From an uncultured Gemmatimonadales bacterium (GTDB lineage: Bacteria; Gemmatimonadota; Gemmatimonadetes; Gemmatimonadales; GWC2-71-9), in assembly GCA_963771275.1 (NCBI GenBank), contig CAVYSW010000006.1, forward strand, positions 128,001 through 192,000: a stretch of DNA of 64,000 bases. Reading direction: 5' to 3'. Positions 19,897 to 29,150 of this stretch are shown here, piece after piece. The notes under the pieces were generated by a model. That model ran no database searches, had not been told where the DNA came from, and saw only the letters and a list, made by a program, of their open reading frames with translations. The position numbers and the translations under genes were made by a program. Position 1 is the stretch's first letter; every line of letters begins with the position of its first letter.

Positions 19897-20583
19897 TCAG
19901 CCGCCGTTCGGTGACGCGGCCGGGGCGCTCCCCCCCCGCTTCCGCACCATCCAGATCACCAGGTACAAGGCGATCGTGCCGAACGCGACGGCCGACAGCA
20001 CGGGTGCGCTGACGTGCCAATACAGGCCGAGCGCCGCGAAGAACCAGAGGCGCGGGAACCGGCCGAGGAACGTGGCGAACAGGTAACGGCGGATGGGGTA
20101 GCCGGCGAGCGGCGCGACCACCCGCACCGCCCAATACGGGAGCGGCGACCAGGCGCAGAGCCAGACCGTGAAGAATGGTGCCCGCTCGAACAGGCGGACG
20201 GTCATCCGCACGAAGTGGCTCTCACGCGCAGGAGAGAACGACGCGAGGTGCAGTACCCGCCCGTAGAGGTGGAAGTTGAGGAATTCGACGTAGAGAATCC
20301 CGAGAATGCCGACGACCGCGATCAGCCACGGGGCGTAGATCCGGCCGAACAGCATCAAAATCGGCTCGTAGGTCGCCGGCATGAAGAAGCCGAGCGGCCC
20401 ATTCACCCAGATCGTGACGACGGTGAACGCGACGAGGCCGGCCGCGGTCGGGGACCCGAGCAGCATCACCCCGATCCCGGCGAGCGCGAGCGCGGCCGAG
20501 CCCCGGAGCAGCCCGTCCCACACGAAATTGCCGTGGCGACGGAGCAGGAGGCCAAGGATGCCCGGCGCGCGGGCGGCGGTCAC
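19897..20583 (-). CDS. DedA/VTT (SNARE-associated) membrane protein
   Basis: Hydrophobic. PxxxEP re-entrant motif, SPLPY, RRYLFATFLGRFPR. GTGA overlap with the upstream gene. Confidence 0.7.
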   Translation of the reverse strand: MTAARAPGILGLLLRRHGNFVWDGLLRGSAALALAGIGVMLLGSPTAAGLVAFTVVTIWVNGPLGFFMPATYEPILMLFGRIYAPWLIAVVGILGILYVEFLNFHLYGRVLHLASFSPARESHFVRMTVRLFERAPFFTVWLCAWSPLPYWAVRVVAPLAGYPIRRYLFATFLGRFPRLWFFAALGLYWHVSAPVLSAVAFGTIALYLVIWMVRKRGGSAPAASPNGG

Positions 20584-22007
20584 CCGGGCCCGCCGGTCTC
20601 GGGGAGTACCCCGTCGATGCCCTGCGGCACCGTGACGCCGAGGTGGTCGAGCATCAACGGGAAGAGATCAGCCGTGCGGAGCGGGCCGCGCAGCGGGACG
20701 TTGCTCGCCAGGAGGCACCGCATGTGCTCGCGGTGCAGCGATCCGTGACCGGATCGGTGCTCGGGGATCTCCCAGTCGCGGCGCAGGTCCGCGCCCTCGG
20801 CGGCGATCACCACCAGGTCCCCGGTGCGGCCGGAGCGGAACAGCTGGAGCAGTTGCGTCGGGGCGTCGGGGAAGCGCGCGTCGATGGTGCTGGCGAGCCA
20901 GGCGCGGTCGGAGCGCGTCGCGGCCGGGCCGAGCTCGAGCACATCGGCCGTTGCGGGCTCGTACGCGGTCCCGCCCGGCGCCTGGTGCAGGCGGGCGCGC
21001 CCGTCCCGTGAGACCACGGTCACGCCGTCGCCATCGCTGCCCGCCACCAGCGCGATGCCGGGACGTGTGGCAAGATGCTGCACGGCGTGGCGCGGAATGC
21101 CGGGCACGGCGCCGGCCTCGACCTCGCCGATCGTGAAGCGCCGCTCGCGGCGGCGGCCGGGCAGCCAGTACACCTGGACGGACGCGTTGCCGGACACCAT
21201 TACCGCCGCCAGGGGATCGCGGCGCCAGATGATCGGGTGACGCAGCGTGGCCAGCCCCATGCCCTCGAGCGCCAACGCCACATCGGTGTGGCGGTCCACC
21301 CGTGACAGGCCGTGATCGCTCACCAGCAGGGTGAGGTGGTCACCGGTAAAGCCGCCCGCCGCCGCGTAGTCGCCCACCAGCCGGTCGAACTCGCGGTAGG
21401 TTGCGAGCACGGCCGGGTGGCGCGGGTCATGGAAATGCGTGACGCCATCGACGCCGGGGAAGACGGCGAAGACGAAGCGGTGGCGTTCGCGCGCCACCGC
21501 GGCGAGCGCGCGTCCCACGGCCCGCTCGAGCGTGCCGTAGCCGCCGGTGTAGTGGGCCAGGCCGCCCCACAGCTTCCGGGCTCCGGCGGCGCGCTCGCGG
21601 CTGGGGCCGAGGCCCCGCACGAACGGGGAGCACAGCGCGACCGATTCGGGAATCAGATCGAACAGGGTCGCGATACCGGGTCGGAGATCGGTGTTGAGCT
21701 GGCCGCCCTGATAGCCGCAGTAGCTGCGCAGATGCCGGCGATCATGCCACCAGTCGCCGCCGTAGCGCGCGACGTCGAGCCAGCGGATCCCCGGTACGTC
21801 GCAGGTCCCGGGATAGCAGCCAGTGAGGAACGGGAGATACGCGACGCCGGTGGTGGACGGAAACACCGTGGCCGCGGGAACGGTCCCGCCCGGCTCGAGC
21901 AGGTAGCGCGCGATGTTCGGCAGGTCGCCGCGGGCCGCGAGGTCCGCGAACACATCGTGCCGCGCGCCGTCGAGCAGCAGCACGACCGCCCGACGATCGG
22001 CGTGCAC
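20580..22007 (-). CDS. Alkaline phosphatase superfamily, nucleotide pyrophosphatase/phosphodiesterase type
   Basis: LLDGAR, TVFPSTT (Thr nucleophile), DGVTH, VSDHG, HGS. No signal peptide. Confidence 0.85.
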   Translation of the reverse strand: MHADRRAVVLLLDGARHDVFADLAARGDLPNIARYLLEPGGTVPAATVFPSTTGVAYLPFLTGCYPGTCDVPGIRWLDVARYGGDWWHDRRHLRSYCGYQGGQLNTDLRPGIATLFDLIPESVALCSPFVRGLGPSRERAAGARKLWGGLAHYTGGYGTLERAVGRALAAVARERHRFVFAVFPGVDGVTHFHDPRHPAVLATYREFDRLVGDYAAAGGFTGDHLTLLVSDHGLSRVDRHTDVALALEGMGLATLRHPIIWRRDPLAAVMVSGNASVQVYWLPGRRRERRFTIGEVEAGAVPGIPRHAVQHLATRPGIALVAGSDGDGVTVVSRDGRARLHQAPGGTAYEPATADVLELGPAATRSDRAWLASTIDARFPDAPTQLLQLFRSGRTGDLVVIAAEGADLRRDWEIPEHRSGHGSLHREHMRCLLASNVPLRGPLRTADLFPLMLDHLGVTVPQGIDGVLPETGGPG

Positions 22008-22477
22008 TAGCGGACGATGGTGAGCTGCGCCTTCATGCCCAGCATCTCATGCGGCGTGCAGTAGTAGCCGTACACGCCGGCGGGCAGGTCCGCGAACGAG
22101 ACCTCGTACGTCTGGCCCGGCCGCTCCAGCAGGGGCCCCGTGAGCTCGGTCAGCCGGTTGGGCATCGTTGCGTCGAGCAGCTGCGCGGCGCCAGTCGGGA
22201 TCTGATTCGCGTAGAACGCCACGTTGTGCATGCCGCCGCTCACGTTGACCCAGCGCACCACGTCGCCCACCCGGATGGTGAGCGCGGCGGGCTCGAAGAC
22301 GAAGCGCCCGTCGGGCGTTTCCATCATCCTCACCTCGCGAACGGTCGCGGTCCCGGACGTGGTCGCCGTCGCCGCCTGCGGCTGACCGGCCGACGGCATC
22401 TGGCCCTCCGTCTCGCCCCGGGGCCCGCGTCCACACGCCACCGCTGCCGCAGCAACGGTCACCACGAGCACTCGCAT
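22007..22477 (-). CDS. Plastocyanin/halocyanin-like blue copper lipoprotein
   Basis: Lipobox VAC; HNV...YYCTPHEMLGM type-1 copper ligands. Confidence 0.9.
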   Translation of the reverse strand: MRVLVVTVAAAAVACGRGPRGETEGQMPSAGQPQAATATTSGTATVREVRMMETPDGRFVFEPAALTIRVGDVVRWVNVSGGMHNVAFYANQIPTGAAQLLDATMPNRLTELTGPLLERPGQTYEVSFADLPAGVYGYYCTPHEMLGMKAQLTIVR

Positions 22478-22637
22478 CGCGACTCCCTCGCTCGATCCCC
22501 ATCATGACTTGCCCCGCCACGCGCCGCGGCGCGGCGGGGCCGACCTTCTGAACGCGGCCAGAACATACTCAGCCTCCTGACCGGGGGCCAGAGGACAGGG
22601 TTGCAAACGCGGCCACAGGACCGTTTCTTACTCTCCC

Positions 22638-23015
22638 ATGCGCGCTCGCGCCGTTCTCGGACCCGCGATGATTCTCGTGGCAGGTGGATGCGCCTTCTTG
22701 GGATTCGGCCCCACGATGTCACTGATCGAGGGTTGGGCCGTGACGGCCGACGGCCAACAGCCGCTGGCGCAGGCCGAGGTGTGTGCCTTTGGTCGGGACA
22801 CGGTGTGTGTGCGGGCGGACCACAAGGGGCGATACACGCTGCGGCTCGCAGCGCAGAGTACCTGGCTGCGCTTCCGATGGGGCACGCTGCCGATGGCGAT
22901 GACCGACACGATCGAGGTCGTTCCCCCGCAGAAGTACACGGTGAGCTGCGCGCTGAGGACCGTCATGGTCCTCTCGGAGCGCCCCCAGCCCTGTCAGCCG
23001 GTGACGGCCCGGTGA
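22638..23015 (+). CDS. Hypothetical small lipoprotein (carboxypeptidase-regulatory/Cna-B-like beta fold)
   Basis: Hydrophobic N-terminus ending AGGC; G-x-V...PL..AEV...ADxxGxY pattern. Confidence 0.55.
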   Translation: MRARAVLGPAMILVAGGCAFLGFGPTMSLIEGWAVTADGQQPLAQAEVCAFGRDTVCVRADHKGRYTLRLAAQSTWLRFRWGTLPMAMTDTIEVVPPQKYTVSCALRTVMVLSERPQPCQPVTAR

Positions 23016-23017
23016 GC

Positions 23018-23875
23018 ATGGGGGTCCCCGACTGCGCGTGGCTCGGGCGCCACTGTCGTGCGCTGCCCGTCACCCTCCGCATCGCCGCGCTCGACGAAGA
23101 TGCCCCAGACGAACAGGACGCGCTCGCCACGTGGCTGCTGGGCCACACGGAGCGCATCGCGTTCGGCACGCCGTACGTGCGCGGTCGCGACCTGCTGGTC
23201 GAGGCCGTGATTCACGTGCCATGCCGCCATCTGACCGGACCCGGGGCGCCGACGGGCGGCAACGGAAGCCGTCCCCATCGCCAGAACGGGGGGAGGCCGG
23301 AGACCGGGGAGGACGTGCGCTGTGCGGCACACGGCTTCCAGGGGGTGCTGGAGGCGGCGACGCCCCCGACGCCGCCGAGTTATCGTCACGGGGAGCAGCG
23401 CTTCACGATCGTCCACGAGGGCCGCCGCCAGCAGCTCGACCTACCCGCGCCGCCACCCGCGCGGCGCGCGCTCCCGGTGCTCGAGGGGGCGAACCCCTGC
23501 TCCACCGCCGCGTGCCGCACGTCCGACAACACCCGCGGCGCGGCATGCTGCCGGGACCTGACGCTCGACGTGATCGCGCCGGAGGGAGAGAGCCGCGACC
23601 TCGAGGACCTGCTCCGCAACCGGAAGCTCCCCTACCTGTGCAAGGTCACCCGCGCGGACCCGAGCACGATCGAGTGCGAGGTGATCTCGGCGTGCGGGTA
23701 CCTGGAGAGCGACGGGGTGAGCTGTGGCCTGCACGACCGTACCCGGCCCGACGGGCGCCCCGCCAAGCCGATGGTCTGCAGCGAATGGCCCGGTCCGGAC
23801 GACGACGAGGAGTTCGCCGGCCACCCCGGGTGCGTCTTCTTGAAGGAAGGAACGCGGCAGCAGGCCCCGGGGTGA
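23018..23875 (+). CDS. Cys-rich YkgJ/CxxCxxCC-like Zn/Fe-S-binding protein
   Basis: ATG 23018. NPCSTAAC...GAACCRDL, CGYL...CGLHDR...KPMVCSEWP, HPGC. A degenerate copy of the motif lies in the N-terminal half. Confidence 0.6.
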   Translation: MGVPDCAWLGRHCRALPVTLRIAALDEDAPDEQDALATWLLGHTERIAFGTPYVRGRDLLVEAVIHVPCRHLTGPGAPTGGNGSRPHRQNGGRPETGEDVRCAAHGFQGVLEAATPPTPPSYRHGEQRFTIVHEGRRQQLDLPAPPPARRALPVLEGANPCSTAACRTSDNTRGAACCRDLTLDVIAPEGESRDLEDLLRNRKLPYLCKVTRADPSTIECEVISACGYLESDGVSCGLHDRTRPDGRPAKPMVCSEWPGPDDDEEFAGHPGCVFLKEGTRQQAPG

Positions 23876-23947
23876 TCCCCCCGGGCCCCCGTGTGCAACT
23901 TCGCCCGCCTTGGACGTCTCCCACTGTGACCTTCGCCGGGAGACTTC

Positions 23948-26119
23948 ATGCGCAGCCTGCTGGTTGTTCTCGCCCTGTCCCTGGTCGCGGCTCCGCTCGC
24001 GGCCCAGGGGTGGATCGAACCGCGCCCCGGGATCGCCCGGTTTGGCGTCGTCAAGGTCCGCACGGCCGTGTCGGTCCGCGTCGCGGGCCGGATCGCACGC
24101 GTGGAAGTCGAGGAGTGGTTTGAGAATCGCGGCGGCGGACTCGGCGAAGGGGACTATCTCTATCCGCTGCCGGGCGAGGCCGTCTTCAGCAACTTCTCCC
24201 TGTTCCAGGGCGAGGACGAGCTCCGCGGCGAGACGATGGACGCCGACAAGGCGCGCGCGATCTATGAAGAGATCGTGCGGCGGAAGCGCGATCCGGCGCT
24301 GATCGAGCTCGCCGGGCACGGTTTGATCCGCGCCCGCGTGTTTCCGATCAACCCCGGCGAGACGCGCAAGATCACGCTGCGCTACAGCCAGGTGCTGGCG
24401 CGCGCCGGCGACGCGCTGCAGTTCCGCTACGCCGCCGGCGGCCGGACCGGCGGTTCCGTGCCGGCGCCCGACGGGCGGGCGGGGCCACAGGTCCAGCGCG
24501 AGGCGGCGCCGCTCGCGTTCGTGCTCACGGCCGACAGTGCGGCCCAGTTCCGGGATCCGTTCTCGCCGACGCACGACGTCACGGTCCTTCGGCGCGACGG
24601 TCGGCTCACGGTACGGCCGGCGGCCGAGCTCACGGGCGATTTCGCCCTGTTCCTGCCGCTCGCGCGCGGGGCCGTCGGGCTCACCCTGGTGACGCACCGG
24701 CCGGATGGCGAGGCGGGCTATTTCATGCTCACGCTGTCCCCGGCGGCCGCCGCGGGCGAAACCACGCCGCGCGACATCACGGTCGTGACGGACGTCTCGG
24801 GGTCGATGTCCGGGCAGAAGATCGAGCAGGCCCGGGCCGCGCTGCGCCAGCTGCTCGCCAGCCTGCGGCCGAGCGACCGGTTCCGGTTGGTGAGCTTCAG
24901 CTCGACCGTGCATGGCTACCGCGACGGGTGGACGGTGGCGACGGCCGACGCGGTGCGCGAGGCGGTCCGCTGGGTCGACGACCTTCAGGCGGACGGCGGC
25001 ACCAACATGGCCGGCGCACTGGCTGAGGCGTTCCGGTCGGTGACACCCGAGGGCCGTCTGCCGATCGTGCTGTTCCTCACGGACGGCCTGCCGTCGGTCG
25101 GCGAGCAGAATCCCGAGCGGATCGCCGCGCAGGCGGAAGCCGATCGGGGCCGAGCGCGGGTGTTCGCGTTCGGGATCGGCTACGACGTGAACACGTACCT
25201 GCTGGACCGGCTGTCGGCCGCGGGGCGTGGGGCCACGGCGTACGTCGAGCCGCAGGAGGATGTCGAGCGCGCGGTGGGAACGCTCGTGGCCAAGATCCAG
25301 CACCCCGTGCTGACCGACCTGGCGCTGGGCGGCGACGCGCGGCTCACCGAGGTGTACCCCGCGCGGCTGCCCGACCTGTTCGCCGGCGAAGAGCTGGTGA
25401 TCTTCGGGCGCTACACGGCGAGCGAGGAGTCGGCCGCTGTGACGGTCACGGGCCGGCGGAACGGGCGAGCCGAGCGCTACGGCGTGACCGCGCCGTTCGC
25501 GGCCCGCGCGTCCGCCAACGACTTCATCCCGCGGCTCTGGGCGGCGCGCAAGATCGGCGTGCTGCAGCAGGCCGTGCGTCTCAACGGGCCCAATGCGGAG
25601 CTGGTGGAGGAGATCCGGCGCACGGCGCTGCGCTACGGGCTGTTGAGCGAGTACACGGCGTATCTGGTGCAGGACCCCAGCGTCGTCGCCGGACGAGGCG
25701 CCGTGGGCGGTGTGAACGCCCCCGCGCCCACGAGCGGGGTCGTGGCGGTCCGCGCCGCGGAATTCGACCGGGCGCGGCGGGAAGCGAAGAGCGCCGCGCA
25801 GCTCAACGCGGCCGACTCCGTGATGTTCGCGCGGCGGGACCTGGGGCAGGCTCAGCGGGTCGGTGGCCGGGTGTTCGTCGACAAGCAAGGCGTGTGGACC
25901 GACCTGCTGCTCAGGGATTCCCTGCCGGGCGTGACGATCGAGCCGTTCAGCCCCGCGTACTTCGAGCTGCTGCGGCGGCTGCCGGAGCTCGGCTCCATCG
26001 TGCAGCGATTCGACCGGGTGGTGGTGGCGGGCGAGCGGGTGAACATCCGCTTCGCCCCGGGCGGCACGACCGACGCCGCGCAGGTGCCGAGCGTGGTCCG
26101 GCGGTTCCGCGCCTCGTAG
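23948..26119 (+). CDS. Secreted VIT + von Willebrand factor A domain protein
   Basis: Signal peptide; VIT (YLYPLP, ARAIYEEIV, DPALIE); MIDAS DVSGSM, GGTN, LTDG, FGIG; LSEYTAYLV. Confidence 0.9.
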   Translation: MRSLLVVLALSLVAAPLAAQGWIEPRPGIARFGVVKVRTAVSVRVAGRIARVEVEEWFENRGGGLGEGDYLYPLPGEAVFSNFSLFQGEDELRGETMDADKARAIYEEIVRRKRDPALIELAGHGLIRARVFPINPGETRKITLRYSQVLARAGDALQFRYAAGGRTGGSVPAPDGRAGPQVQREAAPLAFVLTADSAAQFRDPFSPTHDVTVLRRDGRLTVRPAAELTGDFALFLPLARGAVGLTLVTHRPDGEAGYFMLTLSPAAAAGETTPRDITVVTDVSGSMSGQKIEQARAALRQLLASLRPSDRFRLVSFSSTVHGYRDGWTVATADAVREAVRWVDDLQADGGTNMAGALAEAFRSVTPEGRLPIVLFLTDGLPSVGEQNPERIAAQAEADRGRARVFAFGIGYDVNTYLLDRLSAAGRGATAYVEPQEDVERAVGTLVAKIQHPVLTDLALGGDARLTEVYPARLPDLFAGEELVIFGRYTASEESAAVTVTGRRNGRAERYGVTAPFAARASANDFIPRLWAARKIGVLQQAVRLNGPNAELVEEIRRTALRYGLLSEYTAYLVQDPSVVAGRGAVGGVNAPAPTSGVVAVRAAEFDRARREAKSAAQLNAADSVMFARRDLGQAQRVGGRVFVDKQGVWTDLLLRDSLPGVTIEPFSPAYFELLRRLPELGSIVQRFDRVVVAGERVNIRFAPGGTTDAAQVPSVVRRFRAS

Positions 26120-26128
26120 ATTGCACGC

Positions 26129-26632
26129 GTGCCGACCGACTGGTCCGCGGTGTACCGCAGCACGTTCCCGGCTCTGGTGCGCTTCCTGTACCGCAAGGTG
26201 TGGGAAGCGGACCGGGCCCAGGACCTCGCGCAGGAGGTGTTCGTGCGCGCGCTCGATCACGATCCGGAGAACCCGCGGGCCTGGCTGTTCACCGTGGCCG
26301 CGAACCTCGCGCGGGACGAGGCGCGGACGGCGGTGCGGCGGAGACGGCACCTCGAGCTGATCAAGAGCGAGCCGCTCACGACGCCGGCCCCGTCGCCCGA
26401 CGAGGAGCTCGAGGCACGCGAGCGGTTGGAGCGGGTGCAGGCGGCGCTGGCCGGGCTCAGCGAGCGCGACCGCGAGGTCCTGCTGCTATGGGACGCGGGG
26501 CTCGACTATGACGAGATCGCGGCGCAGACCGGACTCGCCCGCGGCGCGATCGGCACCACACTGGCGCGGGCGCGCAAGCGGCTGGTGGACGCGCATGACG
26601 CGCTGGAGGGACACGATGCCGCACTTGGATGA
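26129..26632 (+). CDS. ECF sigma-70 factor
   Basis: AQDLAQEVF, AWLFTVAANLARD, LSERDREVLLL, YDEIA, GTTLARAR. Confidence 0.92.
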   Translation: MPTDWSAVYRSTFPALVRFLYRKVWEADRAQDLAQEVFVRALDHDPENPRAWLFTVAANLARDEARTAVRRRRHLELIKSEPLTTPAPSPDEELEARERLERVQAALAGLSERDREVLLLWDAGLDYDEIAAQTGLARGAIGTTLARARKRLVDAHDALEGHDAALG

Positions 26633-27668
26633 CGGGCAGATCGCGGAGTGGATCGACGCCGCAGACCGGCCGCACGGCGAGACCGCGCACGGTGAGGTCG
26701 CAGATCACCTGCGGCAGTGCATCGTGTGTCGGGAGCGGGTGGAGGAGGCGCGCCGCATCGCGGAGCGGGCGCGGACGATCCTCGGCGTCGCCACACCGGC
26801 GGTGAGCACCGTCCCGCCGTTCGAGGTCGTGCTGGCGCGCGCCGGCCGCACGCCCGCGCGACGGGGCATGAATCCCACGTGGCGTTGGCTCGCGTGGGCG
26901 GCGACGGTCGTGATCGCCGGCGGGCTGGGATGGTACGTGCGGGGCGAGCGGCTCAAGCCGTCAATCCGCAACGCGGCTTCGCCGGTCAGCGTGGCGGCCA
27001 GCGACTCCGCCGCTCCGCTCGCTGCGGCTCCACTGGACCACGGTGGCGTGGGCCCGGTGGGCGGCGTCGCGCAGGAGCCCCCGGGGGCTCAGGGGGCCGC
27101 CGCCGAGCAGGCGCCGGCCCGGCAGGAAGCGAAACAGGCGCGGGCGGACCTGCCAGCCGGCGCCGCCACCAAGGCAGCGCCACAGGAGGCCGACCAGGCG
27201 CTGCGCGACACCGCGGCAGGCAAGGTGGCGGCCGGCATCGTGGCCGCTCCTCCCGCCGTCGCCGCGCCGAGCCCGAGCCGCAACGCCGTCGAGCCGGTGG
27301 CCGCCGAAGAGCGAGCTGCCGAGTGGCGCATGATCACGCGCGACGCCGCCGAGCGCGTCCTGGGGGGGCCCGTGGCAACGGTGCCGGGCCTGCCAGTCGA
27401 GCGCTATGAGCTGCTGATTCGAGAGGCGGTGGTGCGTGTCGTCCAGCTCCTGCCCTCGGGCTCGCATCTGGAGCTGCTCGAGGCCCCTGCCCCCAAGGCC
27501 GAGCCAGCGGCCGCGTACGCGGGACGCGAACGTGAGCCCGGGCGCGCGGCCCTCCGGTCGGCCGTCGCGGCGCAGGACACCGTGACGCTCGATGGCGTGC
27601 GGGTCACGGTGCGCGCGGCCGTGGCGCTCGACTCGCTCAAGGTGCTGCTCGGGAAGGTCAGGCGCTGA
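26616..27668 (+). CDS. Zinc-binding (ZAS/zf-HC2) transmembrane anti-sigma factor
   Basis: ATG 26616 overlaps the sigma gene. H...HLRQCIVC; TM helix WLAWAATVVIAGGLGWY; Ala/Pro-rich extracytoplasmic part. Confidence 0.85.
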   Translation: MPHLDDGQIAEWIDAADRPHGETAHGEVADHLRQCIVCRERVEEARRIAERARTILGVATPAVSTVPPFEVVLARAGRTPARRGMNPTWRWLAWAATVVIAGGLGWYVRGERLKPSIRNAASPVSVAASDSAAPLAAAPLDHGGVGPVGGVAQEPPGAQGAAAEQAPARQEAKQARADLPAGAATKAAPQEADQALRDTAAGKVAAGIVAAPPAVAAPSPSRNAVEPVAAEERAAEWRMITRDAAERVLGGPVATVPGLPVERYELLIREAVVRVVQLLPSGSHLELLEAPAPKAEPAAAYAGREREPGRAALRSAVAAQDTVTLDGVRVTVRAAVALDSLKVLLGKVRR

Positions 27669-27711
27669 GGGACGTCCGCGTTCGCCCGGCGGAGCGTGAC
27701 GATCGAAGTCG

Positions 27712-28737
27712 CTACCCCCCCACTCGCCGCAGTCGGATCAACTCCGCCATGACCGCGATCCCGATCTCGCCCGGCGTGTCCGCGCCGATGTCCTCGCCGA
27801 TTGGGACCTTGACGCGCTCGAGCGCCGCGCGCGGGACGCCCGCCGCCTCCAGCGCCTTCCAGATCACGGCCTGCTTGCGCCGGCTGCCGAGCATGCCCAC
27901 ATAGCGCGCCGGTGACGCGGCGGTGCGCTCGACCACGATGGCATCCATCGCGTGGCCGCGCGTGCAGGCGATCACGTAGTCGTCTCCGTCGACCACCAGG
28001 CCATCGAGTGTCGTGCGCAGGTCGGCAGCGACCACCTCGGCCGCCGTCGGGAAGCGCTCGCGATTGGCGAACTCCTCGCGGTCGTCCACCACCACTACGT
28101 GGAAGTCGGTCCCGGCCGCCGCGCGCGCGATCTCGGCGGCGACGTGGCCGGCCCCGAACAGAATCAGCCGCGGGACGCGCGGGAGGGGCTCGATGAACAG
28201 GCCCGCTTCCGGGTCGACGTTGGGCGCGGCGGCGGCGGCGGCGGAGGCGGCGGAGGCGGCAGGGATAGACCAGTTGCCGATGCTGCGCACCTCACCTTCG
28301 CCGTGCAACGCCTTGCGCGGGCCCGCCGTCCAGTCCAGGGCGGTAACCACCGCGGCGCGGCGGCGCCGATCGATTGCGTCGGCGACGGCACCATAGAGCG
28401 CGGCGGCCTCCGGGCCGGCCACCACGGGCTCGAGGAACAGCTCGACCGTCCCGCCGCACGAGAGGCCAAGATCGCCGGCGATGTCGGCGTTGAGCGTGTG
28501 GCGCACGAGGGTAGGCCGTCCGGAGGCGATCACGGCGAGGGCCTGGGCGGTGACATCCGCCTCGAGACACCCGCCCCCGATGGTTCCCAGACGCGCACCG
28601 TCATCGCTCACGAGCAGCTTGGCGTCCGACGCCATGGGCAACGATCCGCGGCGCCGCGCGACCGTGGCGAGCGCCGCGGCCGCCCCCGCGGCGGCCGCGC
28701 GGGCGGCGGCGCGCCACAGCACCGCGCGCTCACTCAT
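27712..28737 (-). CDS. xdhC: XdhC/CoxI family molybdoenzyme maturation factor
   Basis: GTIGGGCLE, LSCGG, FGAGHVA, DDRE, TRGH, GMLGS, PIG. Confidence 0.9.
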   Translation of the reverse strand: MSERAVLWRAAARAAAAGAAAALATVARRRGSLPMASDAKLLVSDDGARLGTIGGGCLEADVTAQALAVIASGRPTLVRHTLNADIAGDLGLSCGGTVELFLEPVVAGPEAAALYGAVADAIDRRRRAAVVTALDWTAGPRKALHGEGEVRSIGNWSIPAASAASAAAAAAPNVDPEAGLFIEPLPRVPRLILFGAGHVAAEIARAAAGTDFHVVVVDDREEFANRERFPTAAEVVAADLRTTLDGLVVDGDDYVIACTRGHAMDAIVVERTAASPARYVGMLGSRRKQAVIWKALEAAGVPRAALERVKVPIGEDIGADTPGEIGIAVMAELIRLRRVGG

Positions 28738-29087
28738 GGGGCGGGGAGCTCCTGCAGGCGGGCCACCGCCCGGCGCAGATGGGGAATCACGATCGACCCG
28801 CCGACCACGAGCGCCACCGAGCAGGCGTCGTAGAGCTCATCATCCGTGACGCCCTCCTCGCGGCACCGCACGAGGTGATACGTGACGCAGTCGTCGCAGC
28901 GCAGCACCATCGACGCGACCAGGCCGAGCAGCTCCTTGGTCTTCGCGTCCAGCGCGCCGGCCTCGTAGGTTCGCGCATCCAGCGCGAAGAAGCGCTTGAT
29001 GCCGAGGTGCCCCGCGTTGAGGATCGCCTCGTTCAGCTTCTCGCGAAAATGCCGGAACTCTGCGAGCGTCTCGTGATGTTCGGCCAT
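28734..29087 (-). CDS. Carboxymuconolactone decarboxylase/AhpD-like protein
   Basis: GALDAKTKEL, RCDDCVTYH, VVGGSIVIPH. Confidence 0.9.
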   Translation of the reverse strand: MAEHHETLAEFRHFREKLNEAILNAGHLGIKRFFALDARTYEAGALDAKTKELLGLVASMVLRCDDCVTYHLVRCREEGVTDDELYDACSVALVVGGSIVIPHLRRAVARLQELPAP

Positions 29088-29150
29088 GCCGGGTCTCCTG
29101 GTGGAGCGACCCCCATGCCCGTGGCGCGGCGGCGAGGGGCCGGGTGGTGA

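Noticed and set aside
28224..28261. GCG/GAG trinucleotide run
   Set aside because: Encodes an Ala-rich linker (PAASAASAAAAAAP) inside XdhC; ordinary low complexity.
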